Shown here piece by piece: positions 56,278 through 64,000 of a DNA stretch of 64,000 bases. The stretch is from positions 76,725-140,724 of the forward strand of contig VGZO01000004.1 in assembly GCA_016872555.1 (NCBI GenBank). Direction: 5' to 3'. This stretch comes from Planctomycetota bacterium (lineage in GTDB: Bacteria > Planctomycetota > Planctomycetia > Pirellulales > UBA1268). The position numbers and the translations under genes are program-made. Position 1 is the first letter of the stretch, and every line of letters starts with the position of its first letter. The notes beneath the pieces were generated by a model. That model worked only from the letters and a program-made list of their open reading frames with translations. It ran no database searches and was not told where the DNA came from.

Positions 56278-57666
56278 ATGTTCGAACTGCTCTGCGGCGG
56301 CTTCGACCGGGCGTTGCTCTGCGGCCGCGGCCGCACGCGGCGTGACCTCCTCCAGGCCGGGGCGCTGGCGGCTGTCGGCCTGTCGCTGCCGCAGTACGCG
56401 CGGGCTGCCGCCGAGGGGCGCGTCCGCCCCGGCCACGAGAAGCGCTCGTGCATCATGATCTTCAACCTCGGGGGGCCGAGCCAGCTCGACCTCTGGGACA
56501 TGAAGCCCGACGCGGCGGCCGAGATCCGCGGCCCGTTCGCGCCGATCCGCACCGCCAGCGACGCCTTCGAGATCTCCGAACTGCTGCCGAAGCACGCCGC
56601 GATCGCCGACCGGTTCTCGCTCGTCCGCTCCTGCCACCACGACGGCGCCGCCGTCCACGACGCCGGCTGGCAGATGATGCAGACCGGGCGCCGGTTCACC
56701 GGCGGGATCAATTCGCCGCACGCCGGCAGCGTCGCCAGCTACCTCCTCGGGCGGCGCAGCGACCTGCCGCCGTTCGTCGTCCTCCCGCAGCTCATGGGGC
56801 GCGGCGGCGGCAACCTCCCCAACGGCCAGGCCGGCGGGTTTCTCGGCAAGGCCCACGACCCGTTCGCACTGATGGCCGACCCGTCGCAGCCCGAGTTCCG
56901 CGTCCCCGACCTCCTTCCCCCCGACCAGTTCGCCGGCGCGCGCCTCGACCGGCGGCGGAAGATGCGCGACATGGTGGAGGCCAGCGCCGCGGCGTTCGAA
57001 GCCAGCGAAGACGCGCGCCTTCTCGACGACAATTTTCACGCCGCCTGGCGGATCATGACCAGCCAGGCGGCGCGCGAGGCCTTCGAGCTGTCGCGCGAGC
57101 CCCCCGAGGTGCGCGAGCGCTACGGGATGAACCGCTTCGGGCAGTGCTGCCTGCTCGCCCGGCGGCTGGTGGAGAGCGGCGTCCGGTTCGTGACGATCAA
57201 CACCTTCCTCACCGTGTTCGACGAGATCACCTGGGACATCCACGGCTCCAAGCCGTTCACGTCGATCGCCGGGATGAAGGAGATCGTCTGCCCGATGTAC
57301 GACCAGGCCTACTCGGCGCTGATCGAGGATCTCGCGCAGCGCGGCCTCCTCGGCGACACGCTCGTCGCCGGGCTGGCGGAGTTCGGCCGGACGCCGAAGG
57401 TCAATCCCGCCGGCGGCCGCGACCACTGGCCGCAGTGCTTCACCTGCTCGTTCGCCGGCGGGGGCGTGCAGGGGGGCCGCGTGGTCGGCGCGAGCGACGC
57501 GATCGGCGGCTTCCCCGCGGAGCGCCCCGTGCGCCCCGGCGACATCGTGGCGACGATCTTCCATTCGCTCGGCCTCGACCATGGCGGGATCCTGCCCGGC
57601 CCGGCCGGGCGCCCGTTCGCGCTCACCGACTTCGGCACCGAGCCGATCCGCGAGCTGTTTTCCTGA
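56278..57666 (+). CDS. DUF1501 family protein, TAT signal
   Basis: RTRRDLLQAGALAAVG, LGGPSQLDLWDMKP, AEFGRTP...GRDHWPQCF. Confidence 0.9.
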   Translation: MFELLCGGFDRALLCGRGRTRRDLLQAGALAAVGLSLPQYARAAAEGRVRPGHEKRSCIMIFNLGGPSQLDLWDMKPDAAAEIRGPFAPIRTASDAFEISELLPKHAAIADRFSLVRSCHHDGAAVHDAGWQMMQTGRRFTGGINSPHAGSVASYLLGRRSDLPPFVVLPQLMGRGGGNLPNGQAGGFLGKAHDPFALMADPSQPEFRVPDLLPPDQFAGARLDRRRKMRDMVEASAAAFEASEDARLLDDNFHAAWRIMTSQAAREAFELSREPPEVRERYGMNRFGQCCLLARRLVESGVRFVTINTFLTVFDEITWDIHGSKPFTSIAGMKEIVCPMYDQAYSALIEDLAQRGLLGDTLVAGLAEFGRTPKVNPAGGRDHWPQCFTCSFAGGGVQGGRVVGASDAIGGFPAERPVRPGDIVATIFHSLGLDHGGILPGPAGRPFALTDFGTEPIRELFS

Positions 57667-57679
57667 TCGGGGAGTGACC

Positions 57680-59905
57680 ATGCGACCACGCCTCCTGTCG
57701 CTCGCCGTGCTCGTGGCCGCCGTCGCCAGGACGGCACCGGGGGGCGACGTCGCGCCGCCGAGCTTCACGCTCGACGTCGTTCCGATCCTCTCCAAGGCCG
57801 GCTGCAACGGCGGCGGCTGCCACGGGGCGCTGGCCGGCAAGGGGGGCCTGCGGCTGTCGCTGTTCGGCTACGATCCCGCCGCCGACCACCGGGCGATCAC
57901 GCGCGACGCCCTCGGCCGGCGCGTCGACCGCGCCGACCCCGGTGCGAGCCTGCTGTTGGCCAAGCCGACGACCGCCGTCGCCCACAAGGGAGGCCGGCGC
58001 CTCGATCCCGACGGTCCCGACTACGCCCTTCTCGCGGCGTGGATCGGTGCCGGCGGCCCCGGCCCCGACCCTGGCGAGCGGCGCTTGACCGCGATCGAGG
58101 TCAGCCCCGCGGAGGCGTCTCTCGCCCCCGGCACGACCGCGCCCCTGACGGTGACGGCGACCTACTCCGACGGCAGCCGGCGCGACGTCACGCCCCACAC
58201 CCGGTTCGCCGCCACCGACGAGGCGGTGGCCACGGTCGATCCCGCCGGGAGCGTGACGGTCGTCGGCCCCGGGGCCGGCGGCGTGACCGCCTGGTATTCG
58301 TCGCGCGTGGCCGTCGCCCGGATCGTCGCGCCGTTCGCCCACGACGTTCCCGCGGCGGTGTTCGCCGCGGCGCCGCGGGCCAACGTCATCGACGAGCTCG
58401 TCCTCGAGCAGCTCGCCGCGCTGCACCTCGAGCCGTCGCCCGCGTGCGACGACGCCACGTTCGTGCGCCGCGCGTTTGTCGACACGATCGGCCGGCTGCC
58501 CACGCCCGAGGAGGTGCGCCGGTTCCTCGCCGACACCGCCCCCGGCAAGCACGAGCGGCTGGTGGAGCTGCTCCTCGCGCGGCCGGAGTTCGTCGACTAC
58601 TGGGCCTGGAAGTGGTCCGACCTGTTGCTCGTCACCGGCTCCAAGCTCCGCCCCCCGGCGGTCGCCGCCTACCACCGCTGGATCCGCGACCGCGTCGCCG
58701 ACGGCACGCCGTGGGACGAATTCGCGCGCCGGGTCGTGACCGCGAAGGGGTCGAGCGCCGTCGACGGCGCCACCAACTTCTTCGCCGTCCACCAGGACCC
58801 CGAAGCGATGGCGGAAAACGTCAGCCAGGCGTTTCTCGGCCTGTCGATCGGCTGCGCGAAGTGCCACGACCACCCGCTCGAGAAATGGACCAACGACCAG
58901 TACTACGCCTTCGCCAACCTGTTCGCGCGCGTCCGCGCCAAGGGCTGGGGGGGCGACGCCCGCAACGGCGACGGCCAGCGCACGCTGTATGTCGAGTCGA
59001 GTGGCGACCTGATCCAGCCGCGCACCGGCCGGCCGCAGCCGCCGGCGCCGCTCGACGGCACGCCGCTGCCTGCCGACTTCACCGGCGACCGGCGCGAGGC
59101 GCTCGCCGCCTGGCTCACCTCCCCCGACAATCCGTCGTTCACCCGCGCCATCGTCAATCGCGTGTGGGCCAATTTCTTCTCCGTCGGTCTGGTCGAGCCG
59201 GTCGACGACCTCCGCGCCACCAATCCCGCCGCCAACGAGAAGCTGCTCTCGGCGCTGGCCGATCATCTGGTCGCCCACCGCTACGACCTCAAGGCGCTGA
59301 TGCGTTTGATCCTCGCCAGCCACACCTACCGCCGCTCGGCCGTGGCGCTCCCGACCAACGCCGGCGACCGGCGCTCGTTTGCCCGCGCCTACCCGCGGCG
59401 CCTCGCCGCCGAGGTCCTCGCCGACGCGATCGCCGACGTCACGGGCGTGCGCGACGCGTTCACCGAGATCGCCCTCAACGACGGCTCGACCGAGAAGACG
59501 ACCGCCTACGGCGCCGACACCCGCGCGCTGCAGGTCGCCGACGCCGCCGTGAAGAGCCCGTTCCTCGCCACGTTCGGCCGCAACCCCCGCGACATCACCT
59601 GCGAGTGCGAGCGCAGCAACCAGCCGAGCCTCGTCCAGGTCCTCGCCCTCTCCAACGGCGCCGCGATCAACGACAAGCTCGCCGCCAAGGGGGGACGGAT
59701 CACGCAGTTCCTCGCGACCGACCCGCCGCCGCTCCGGATCGTCGAGCAGGCGTGGCTCGAATGCCTGTCGCGTCTCCCCACCGACGGCGAGCGGAAGAGC
59801 TTCGAGGAGCTGCTCGCCGCGGCCCCCGCCGAGGAGCGGCGCGCGGTGGTCGAAGACCTCTACTGGTCGCTGCTCACCAGCCGCGAATTCCTCTTCCGGC
59901 ACTGA
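57680..59905 (+). CDS. PSCyt2(DUF1549)/PSD1(DUF1553) protein with Ig-like (Big_2-type) domain
   Basis: GGGGAG RBS and signal peptide. GCNGGGCHGALAGKGGLRLSL. Ig-like segment (IEVSPAEASLAPGTTAPLTVTATYSDGS). RRAFVDTIGRLPTP, GCAKCHDHPLEKW. Tail LLTSREFLFRH. Confidence 0.85.
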   Translation: MRPRLLSLAVLVAAVARTAPGGDVAPPSFTLDVVPILSKAGCNGGGCHGALAGKGGLRLSLFGYDPAADHRAITRDALGRRVDRADPGASLLLAKPTTAVAHKGGRRLDPDGPDYALLAAWIGAGGPGPDPGERRLTAIEVSPAEASLAPGTTAPLTVTATYSDGSRRDVTPHTRFAATDEAVATVDPAGSVTVVGPGAGGVTAWYSSRVAVARIVAPFAHDVPAAVFAAAPRANVIDELVLEQLAALHLEPSPACDDATFVRRAFVDTIGRLPTPEEVRRFLADTAPGKHERLVELLLARPEFVDYWAWKWSDLLLVTGSKLRPPAVAAYHRWIRDRVADGTPWDEFARRVVTAKGSSAVDGATNFFAVHQDPEAMAENVSQAFLGLSIGCAKCHDHPLEKWTNDQYYAFANLFARVRAKGWGGDARNGDGQRTLYVESSGDLIQPRTGRPQPPAPLDGTPLPADFTGDRREALAAWLTSPDNPSFTRAIVNRVWANFFSVGLVEPVDDLRATNPAANEKLLSALADHLVAHRYDLKALMRLILASHTYRRSAVALPTNAGDRRSFARAYPRRLAAEVLADAIADVTGVRDAFTEIALNDGSTEKTTAYGADTRALQVADAAVKSPFLATFGRNPRDITCECERSNQPSLVQVLALSNGAAINDKLAAKGGRITQFLATDPPPLRIVEQAWLECLSRLPTDGERKSFEELLAAAPAEERRAVVEDLYWSLLTSREFLFRH

Positions 59906-59943
59906 TCCCGCCTGCCCCAGGTATCCCCGCTGGAGACCGGCCG

Positions 59944-62769
59944 ATGACCGCGCCCCGCCCCCCGCACGTCGCCACCGCGCGGTCAGTCGCGTGGCTGGTC
60001 GCGCTCGTCGTCGTGGCGCCTGCTGCCCAGGCGGCCGCGCCGTCGTTCGAGCGCGACGTGGCGCCGTTGCTCCGCGCCTACTGCGCCGGCTGCCATGCCG
60101 GGGCCGACGCCGAGGGAGGCCTGTCGGTCGAGACCTTCGCGCTGTTGCGCGCCGGCGGCTCGGCCGGCAATCCGCTCGGCACGGGCGACGGCAGCGCGGC
60201 ACTCGTGCTGTCGCGCCTCGCCGCCACCGGCGACGACCACATGCCGCCGGCCGGCCAGCCGCAGCCGTCGGCCGCCGAGATCGAGGCGGTGCGTGCCTGG
60301 ATCGCCGCCGGCGCGCCGGGGCCGGCCGTCGACCGCTCGATCCTCGCCGAGATGGCGGTCCCCCGGCTGCCCCCCGCGCGCGGCAGCCTGCCGGTGACGG
60401 CACTGGCGCTGGGCCCCGACGGCGCCGTCGCCGTGGCCCGCGACCGGCAGGTGGAGATCCTCCGCGACGGCGGCGCGCTGCCGGTCGCCGATCCGCCGGG
60501 ACGGGTGACGGCGCTGCACTTCTCCGCCGACGGCCGGCGCCTCGTCGTCGCCGGCGGGATCGCGGGGCTCACCGGATCGGCGCAGCTCCGCGATACGTCG
60601 AGCGCGGCGGTCCTGGCGACGTTCGGCCCGCACCGCGACATCCTCCACGATGCCGAGCTGTCGCCCGACGGCACGCTCGTCGCCACCGCCGGCTACGACC
60701 GGAGCGTGAAGCTGTGGCGCGCGGCCGACGGCACCCTCGTGCGGAGCATCGACGTCCACGACGGCCCGGTGTTCGACCTCGCCTGGCATCCGTCGGGCAA
60801 GGTCCTCGCCAGCGCCAGCGCCGACGAGACGGTGAAACTGTGGCGCACGGCCGACGGCGTGCGCCTCGACACACTCTCGCAGCCACAGGCCGAGGTGTTT
60901 GCCGTCGCCTTTGCCCCCGACGGCCGGCACCTGGTGGCCGCCGGCCGCGACCGGCGGATCCATGTCTGGGAAGTGGCCACGCTCGACGCTCCCGGGCTCA
61001 ATCCGCCGCGCGTCTCGCGCTATGCCCACGAAAGCGCGATCGTGGCGCTCGCCCTGTCTCCCGACGGCACGCGCCTCGCGACCGGTGCCGAGGATGGCAC
61101 GGCGCGGCTGTGGTCGTTTCCGGCGGTCGATCTCGTCGCCCCGTTCGTGCCCCGCGCCGACGCCGCGACGGCGATCGCCCCCCGTGCCGACGGTACGTTT
61201 CTCGCCGGCACCGCCGACGGGATCGTGGCGGCGCTGGCGGGAGATTCCGCGCCAGTGGGGCCGGGTGCTGGTCTCGCCCCCGCCGGGACGGGGGCCTCCA
61301 GTCCGGCCTCGACCCCCGCTCCCCCTGCCGATCTCGCCGCGGTCGCCGAGGCCGAGCCCAACGACTCCCCTGCCACCGCCCCTGCCGTGCCGGTCGGGGT
61401 CGTCGTCAGCGGCGTGATCGGGGCCCCGGGCGACGTTGACCTCGTCCGCTTTTCGGCCACCGCCGGGCAGGTCGTGCTCCTCGAGACGAACGCCGCACGG
61501 TCGAAGTCGCCGCTCGACTCGCGGATCGAGGTCCTCCATGCCGCCGGCCCCCGTGCCGGCGAGCCGGTGGAGCGCGTCGTGCTCCGGGCCACGCGCGACA
61601 GTTGGTTCACGTTTCGCGGCAAGGATTCGAGCCAGTCCGACGATTTCCGGCTCCACAACTGGGCCGAGATGGAGCTCGACGAGCTGCTCTACACCGGCGG
61701 CGAAGTGGTGAAGCTGTGGCTCTACCCGCGTGGCCCCGACAGTGGCTTCAAAGTCTATCCCGGCGGCGGGCCCCGCCAGACGCTGTTCGACACCACCGCC
61801 GTCACCCATGCCCTCGGCGAGCCGGCATGGATCGTCGAGGCGCTCCCAGCCGGCGCCCGCCCCGCCCCCAACGGCCTGCCGGTGTTCCGCCTCGTCTACG
61901 ACAACGACGACGCCGCCAACCGGCGCCTCGGCACCGACTCGCAGCTCCTGTTCACGGCGCCGGCCGACGGCGACTACCTCGCCCGGGTCAGCGACGTCCG
62001 GTCGTTCGGCGGTCCCGACCACCGCTACGCCCTGTCGGTCCGCGCCCCGCGCCCCGATTTCACCGTCGCCATCGGCGGGATGAATCCCAAGGTGAGTCCG
62101 GGGAGCGCCCGCGAGGTGGCGTTTACCGTGACGCGCGACGAAGGGTTTGACGGGGCGGTGCGGATCGCGGTCGCCGACCTGCCCCCCGGATTCACGCTCC
62201 CCGGGCCGATCGAGATCGAGGCCGGGCAGGAGCGGGCCATCGGCGTGCTCGCCGCCGCCGCCGCCGCGGTCGCTCCAGACGAGGCACTCGACAAGGCGGT
62301 CCGCGTCACGGCCACGGCCACGATTCTTGGCCGCGAGGTTGCCAAGGAGCTCGGCGCGCTCGGCGACATCCAGCTTGCCGACGCGCCGAAGCTCGCCGTC
62401 GAGATCCTCGACGCGGCTGGCCGCGGGCGCGCCGCGCCAGACGAGGCGATCCTGTTTTCGATCCGTCCCGGCACGACGCTGTCGGCGAAGGTCCGCGCCG
62501 TGCGCCACGCCTTCGACGGCCGGATCGAGCTCGGCGGCGACGACTCCGGCCGCAATCTCCCCCACGGCTGTTTCGTCGACAACATCGGCCTCAACGGCCT
62601 GCTGATCGTCGAGGGGCAGACGGAGCGCGAGTTTTTCATCACGGCCAGTCCGGTGGCCAAGCCGGGGCGGCGCCTGTTCCATCTCCGCGCCACGGCCGAC
62701 GGCGGCCAGTGCTCGCTGCCGGCGGTGATCGAGGTCCTGCCCCGTGAGACCGCCATCGCCGAGCGCTGA
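59944..62769 (+). CDS. PSCyt1 (CxxCH) + WD40 repeat + pre-peptidase-C-terminal-like domain protein
   Basis: YCAGCHAGADAEGGLSVE. WD40 units (DRSVKLWRAADG, DETVKLWRTADG, DRRIHVWEV, DGTARLWS). EAEPNDSPATA...GDVDLVRF PPC-like motif. Confidence 0.8.
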   Translation: MTAPRPPHVATARSVAWLVALVVVAPAAQAAAPSFERDVAPLLRAYCAGCHAGADAEGGLSVETFALLRAGGSAGNPLGTGDGSAALVLSRLAATGDDHMPPAGQPQPSAAEIEAVRAWIAAGAPGPAVDRSILAEMAVPRLPPARGSLPVTALALGPDGAVAVARDRQVEILRDGGALPVADPPGRVTALHFSADGRRLVVAGGIAGLTGSAQLRDTSSAAVLATFGPHRDILHDAELSPDGTLVATAGYDRSVKLWRAADGTLVRSIDVHDGPVFDLAWHPSGKVLASASADETVKLWRTADGVRLDTLSQPQAEVFAVAFAPDGRHLVAAGRDRRIHVWEVATLDAPGLNPPRVSRYAHESAIVALALSPDGTRLATGAEDGTARLWSFPAVDLVAPFVPRADAATAIAPRADGTFLAGTADGIVAALAGDSAPVGPGAGLAPAGTGASSPASTPAPPADLAAVAEAEPNDSPATAPAVPVGVVVSGVIGAPGDVDLVRFSATAGQVVLLETNAARSKSPLDSRIEVLHAAGPRAGEPVERVVLRATRDSWFTFRGKDSSQSDDFRLHNWAEMELDELLYTGGEVVKLWLYPRGPDSGFKVYPGGGPRQTLFDTTAVTHALGEPAWIVEALPAGARPAPNGLPVFRLVYDNDDAANRRLGTDSQLLFTAPADGDYLARVSDVRSFGGPDHRYALSVRAPRPDFTVAIGGMNPKVSPGSAREVAFTVTRDEGFDGAVRIAVADLPPGFTLPGPIEIEAGQERAIGVLAAAAAAVAPDEALDKAVRVTATATILGREVAKELGALGDIQLADAPKLAVEILDAAGRGRAAPDEAILFSIRPGTTLSAKVRAVRHAFDGRIELGGDDSGRNLPHGCFVDNIGLNGLLIVEGQTEREFFITASPVAKPGRRLFHLRATADGGQCSLPAVIEVLPRETAIAER

Positions 62770-62935
62770 CGGCCAGCTGCTATAGCGCCGTGCGACGGCC
62801 CGTGACAAAGCTTTCGCGGCCTCTGTCCCCCGTGCCGACGGATCGACAGACGCAAGGATGATGCCTGGCTGTCCTTTTTCCTCTCACTCCGCTCCTTCCG
62901 GGTGCATCATCCTGCTCGGCCGGTGGCCTACGGCG

Positions 62936-62964
62936 TTGACGGTGCCTATACCCCCGTATATCAT
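62936..62964 (+). promoter_or_regulatory. Sigma70-like promoter candidate positioned for a leaderless Uma2 transcript
   Basis: TTGACG (62936-41), 17-nt spacer, TATCAT (62959-64). The ATG at 62972 is 8 nt downstream and has no Shine-Dalgarno sequence. Confidence 0.3.
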
Positions 62965-62971
62965 TTTTCTC

Positions 62972-63562
62972 ATGTCTACCGCCGAAAAGCGACGCCTGAC
63001 GCCCGCGGAATATCTCGCCATCGAGGTGGCGAGCGAGCGGCGGCACGAGTATCTGGCCGGCGAGATGTTCGCCATGAGCGGCGGCTCATACTGGCACAAT
63101 CTCGTCAAGGACAACCTTGCCCATGCGATCCGCAACCGCCTGGCCGGCCGCGGCTGCACAGTGCTGACGAGCGACCAGCGGGTCAAGGTGGACGCCACAG
63201 GGTTGTATACCTATCCCGATGTCGTCGTGTTCTGCGGCAAGCCGGTCTTCGAGGATGGCGTTCACTACTCGGCCACCAATCCGCTCGTGCTGGCGGAGGT
63301 GCTCTCCGACTCCACCGAGAAGTACGACCGGGGCGTGAAGTTCGGCCATTACCGGCAGCTGCCGAGCGTCGAGGAGTATCTCGTGCTGGCCCAGGATCGT
63401 GTCTCGGTGGAGCGGTTTCGGCGGCAGGGGGGGGGCGATCGGGGCTCCTGGCTGCTGACCGCGGTCGCCGATCCGGCGGGCCTGGTCGAGTTCGAGTCGC
63501 TCGGCATCGCCGTGCCGGTGGCGGAGATCTACGCCGGCGTCGAATTTCCGGCCGCGGGCTGA
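62972..63562 (+). CDS. Uma2 family (DUF820) restriction-endonuclease-fold protein
   Basis: MSTAEKRRLTPAEYLAIE...RHEYLAGEMFAMSGG...YTYPDVVVFCG...PLVLAEVLSDST...DRGVKFGHYRQLPSVEEYLVL is the typical Uma2 pattern. Confidence 0.85.
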   Translation: MSTAEKRRLTPAEYLAIEVASERRHEYLAGEMFAMSGGSYWHNLVKDNLAHAIRNRLAGRGCTVLTSDQRVKVDATGLYTYPDVVVFCGKPVFEDGVHYSATNPLVLAEVLSDSTEKYDRGVKFGHYRQLPSVEEYLVLAQDRVSVERFRRQGGGDRGSWLLTAVADPAGLVEFESLGIAVPVAEIYAGVEFPAAG

Positions 63563-63801
63563 CGTGAAAACCGACCGGCGAAGACGGCGGACATGTTCGG
63601 CCGGATCCTCCAGGTCGAGACGGTAAACACCGGCCCGTACGAGTTCCGTGTCCGCCGCCGGCGGACATGGAGCGGGGAGCACCGCATGGGACCGACGATC
63701 ATGCCTGTCCTTTCTTCTCCCCTGCCCGCTGCCATCCGAAGCACGTCGTGATCCGGGCGCGGCGGTTTCGGGTGGCATGCGTCGAGCAGCTGTCACGGTG
63801 T

Positions 63802-63832
63802 GCAAATCCTACATCGCCGATGTAGGATTTGC
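63802..63832. repeat. Perfect 14-bp inverted repeat (GCAAATCCTACATC-gcc-GATGTAGGATTTGC)
   Basis: Read directly from the sequence. It is AT-rich relative to the genome and lies 44 nt upstream of the AAA ATPase ATG. Operator or terminator candidate. Confidence 0.6.
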
Positions 63833-63875
63833 GTTTGTGACGCGAGCAACGCCATGGTCGCGGCCCGGAGGGAGC

Positions 63876-64000
63876 ATGGCCAGGATTTTTTCTCGATTAC
63901 TCGCCCCGCCGAAGAAGACGTTCCTCCTGCTCGGGCCTCGTGGCACGGGGAAGTCCACCTGGTTGGCGAACCATTTTCCGCGGGCTGTCAGGATCGATCT
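63876..64000 (+). CDS. AAA+ ATPase (AAA_14/DUF4143-type), N-terminal fragment (3' end outside window)
   Basis: GGAG RBS. MARIFSRLLAPPKKTFLLLGPRGTGKSTWL with Walker A motif GPRGTGKST. Confidence 0.7.
   Translation, partial: MARIFSRLLAPPKKTFLLLGPRGTGKSTWLANHFPRAVRID

Noticed and set aside
62861-62892. CT-rich segment ATGCCTGGCTGTCCTTTTTCCTCTCACTCCGCT, resembling ATGCCTGTCCTTTCTTCTCCCCTGCCCGCT at 63701-63730. Together they would be direct repeats flanking the Uma2 gene, suggesting insertion scars.
   Set aside because: Identity is only about 75% with a 4-nt indel over ~30 nt of low-complexity pyrimidine-rich sequence. I cannot exclude chance without a statistical or genome-wide comparison.
62858-62971. 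Upstream ATG at 62858 that would add 38 aa (MMPGCPFSSHSAPSGCIILLG...) to the Uma2 protein.
   Set aside because: Uma2 proteins typically begin close to the ...LT.(A/E)EYL... motif. The extension is low-complexity and overlaps the putative promoter. ATG 62972 is preferred.
63593-63751. 52-aa plus-strand ORF (MFGRILQVETVNTGPYEFRVRRRRTWSGEHRMGP...) and the 71-aa minus-strand ORF 63529-63744, in the spacer between Uma2 and the ATPase.
   Set aside because: No RBS, no recognisable motif and an Arg-rich composition. The evidence is insufficient to call a gene.

Overview
About 70% GC, gene-dense chromosomal segment with roughly 45 CDS. I found no rRNA, tRNA, CRISPR array, transposase, integrase or phage structural module. 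All family calls come from motif recognition in the supplied translations; no searches were run. The repertoire is typical of Planctomycetota/PVC bacteria: four complete PSCyt/DUF1549/DUF1553 + DUF1501 gene pairs plus one decayed DUF1501, DUF1080 proteins, a PVC-type heme-binding protein, a PEP-CTERM protein and TAT-exported Gfo/Idh/MocA oxidoreductases. The functional theme is scavenging of glycoprotein and extracellular-matrix components. It includes a hydroxyproline catabolic cluster (4.2-8.9 kb), a BNR sialidase-like protein, a dual sialate-O-acetylesterase/SGNH esterase, and two amino-sugar clusters (18.8-27.8 kb and 40.7-47.3 kb) with NagA, NagB-type, PIG-L deacetylase, ROK kinase and SIS genes. 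The items I rank highest for follow-up are: (1) an orphan collagen-like gene with 117 uninterrupted Gly-X-Y triplets, seven near-identical 27-bp tandem repeats and a candidate structured leader; (2) a GluR0-architecture ligand-gated channel whose pore loop resembles eukaryotic iGluRs rather than the K+ filter; (3) a ceramidase-like domain fused to a PVC heme-binding protein; (4) a sigma54-driven PEP-CTERM cassette inside a sugar operon; (5) a duplicated hairpin element between convergent genes; (6) a lower-GC Uma2/AAA-ATPase islet at the right edge. Many very long ORFs in the track are antisense or out-of-frame artefacts of the high GC content and were rejected.
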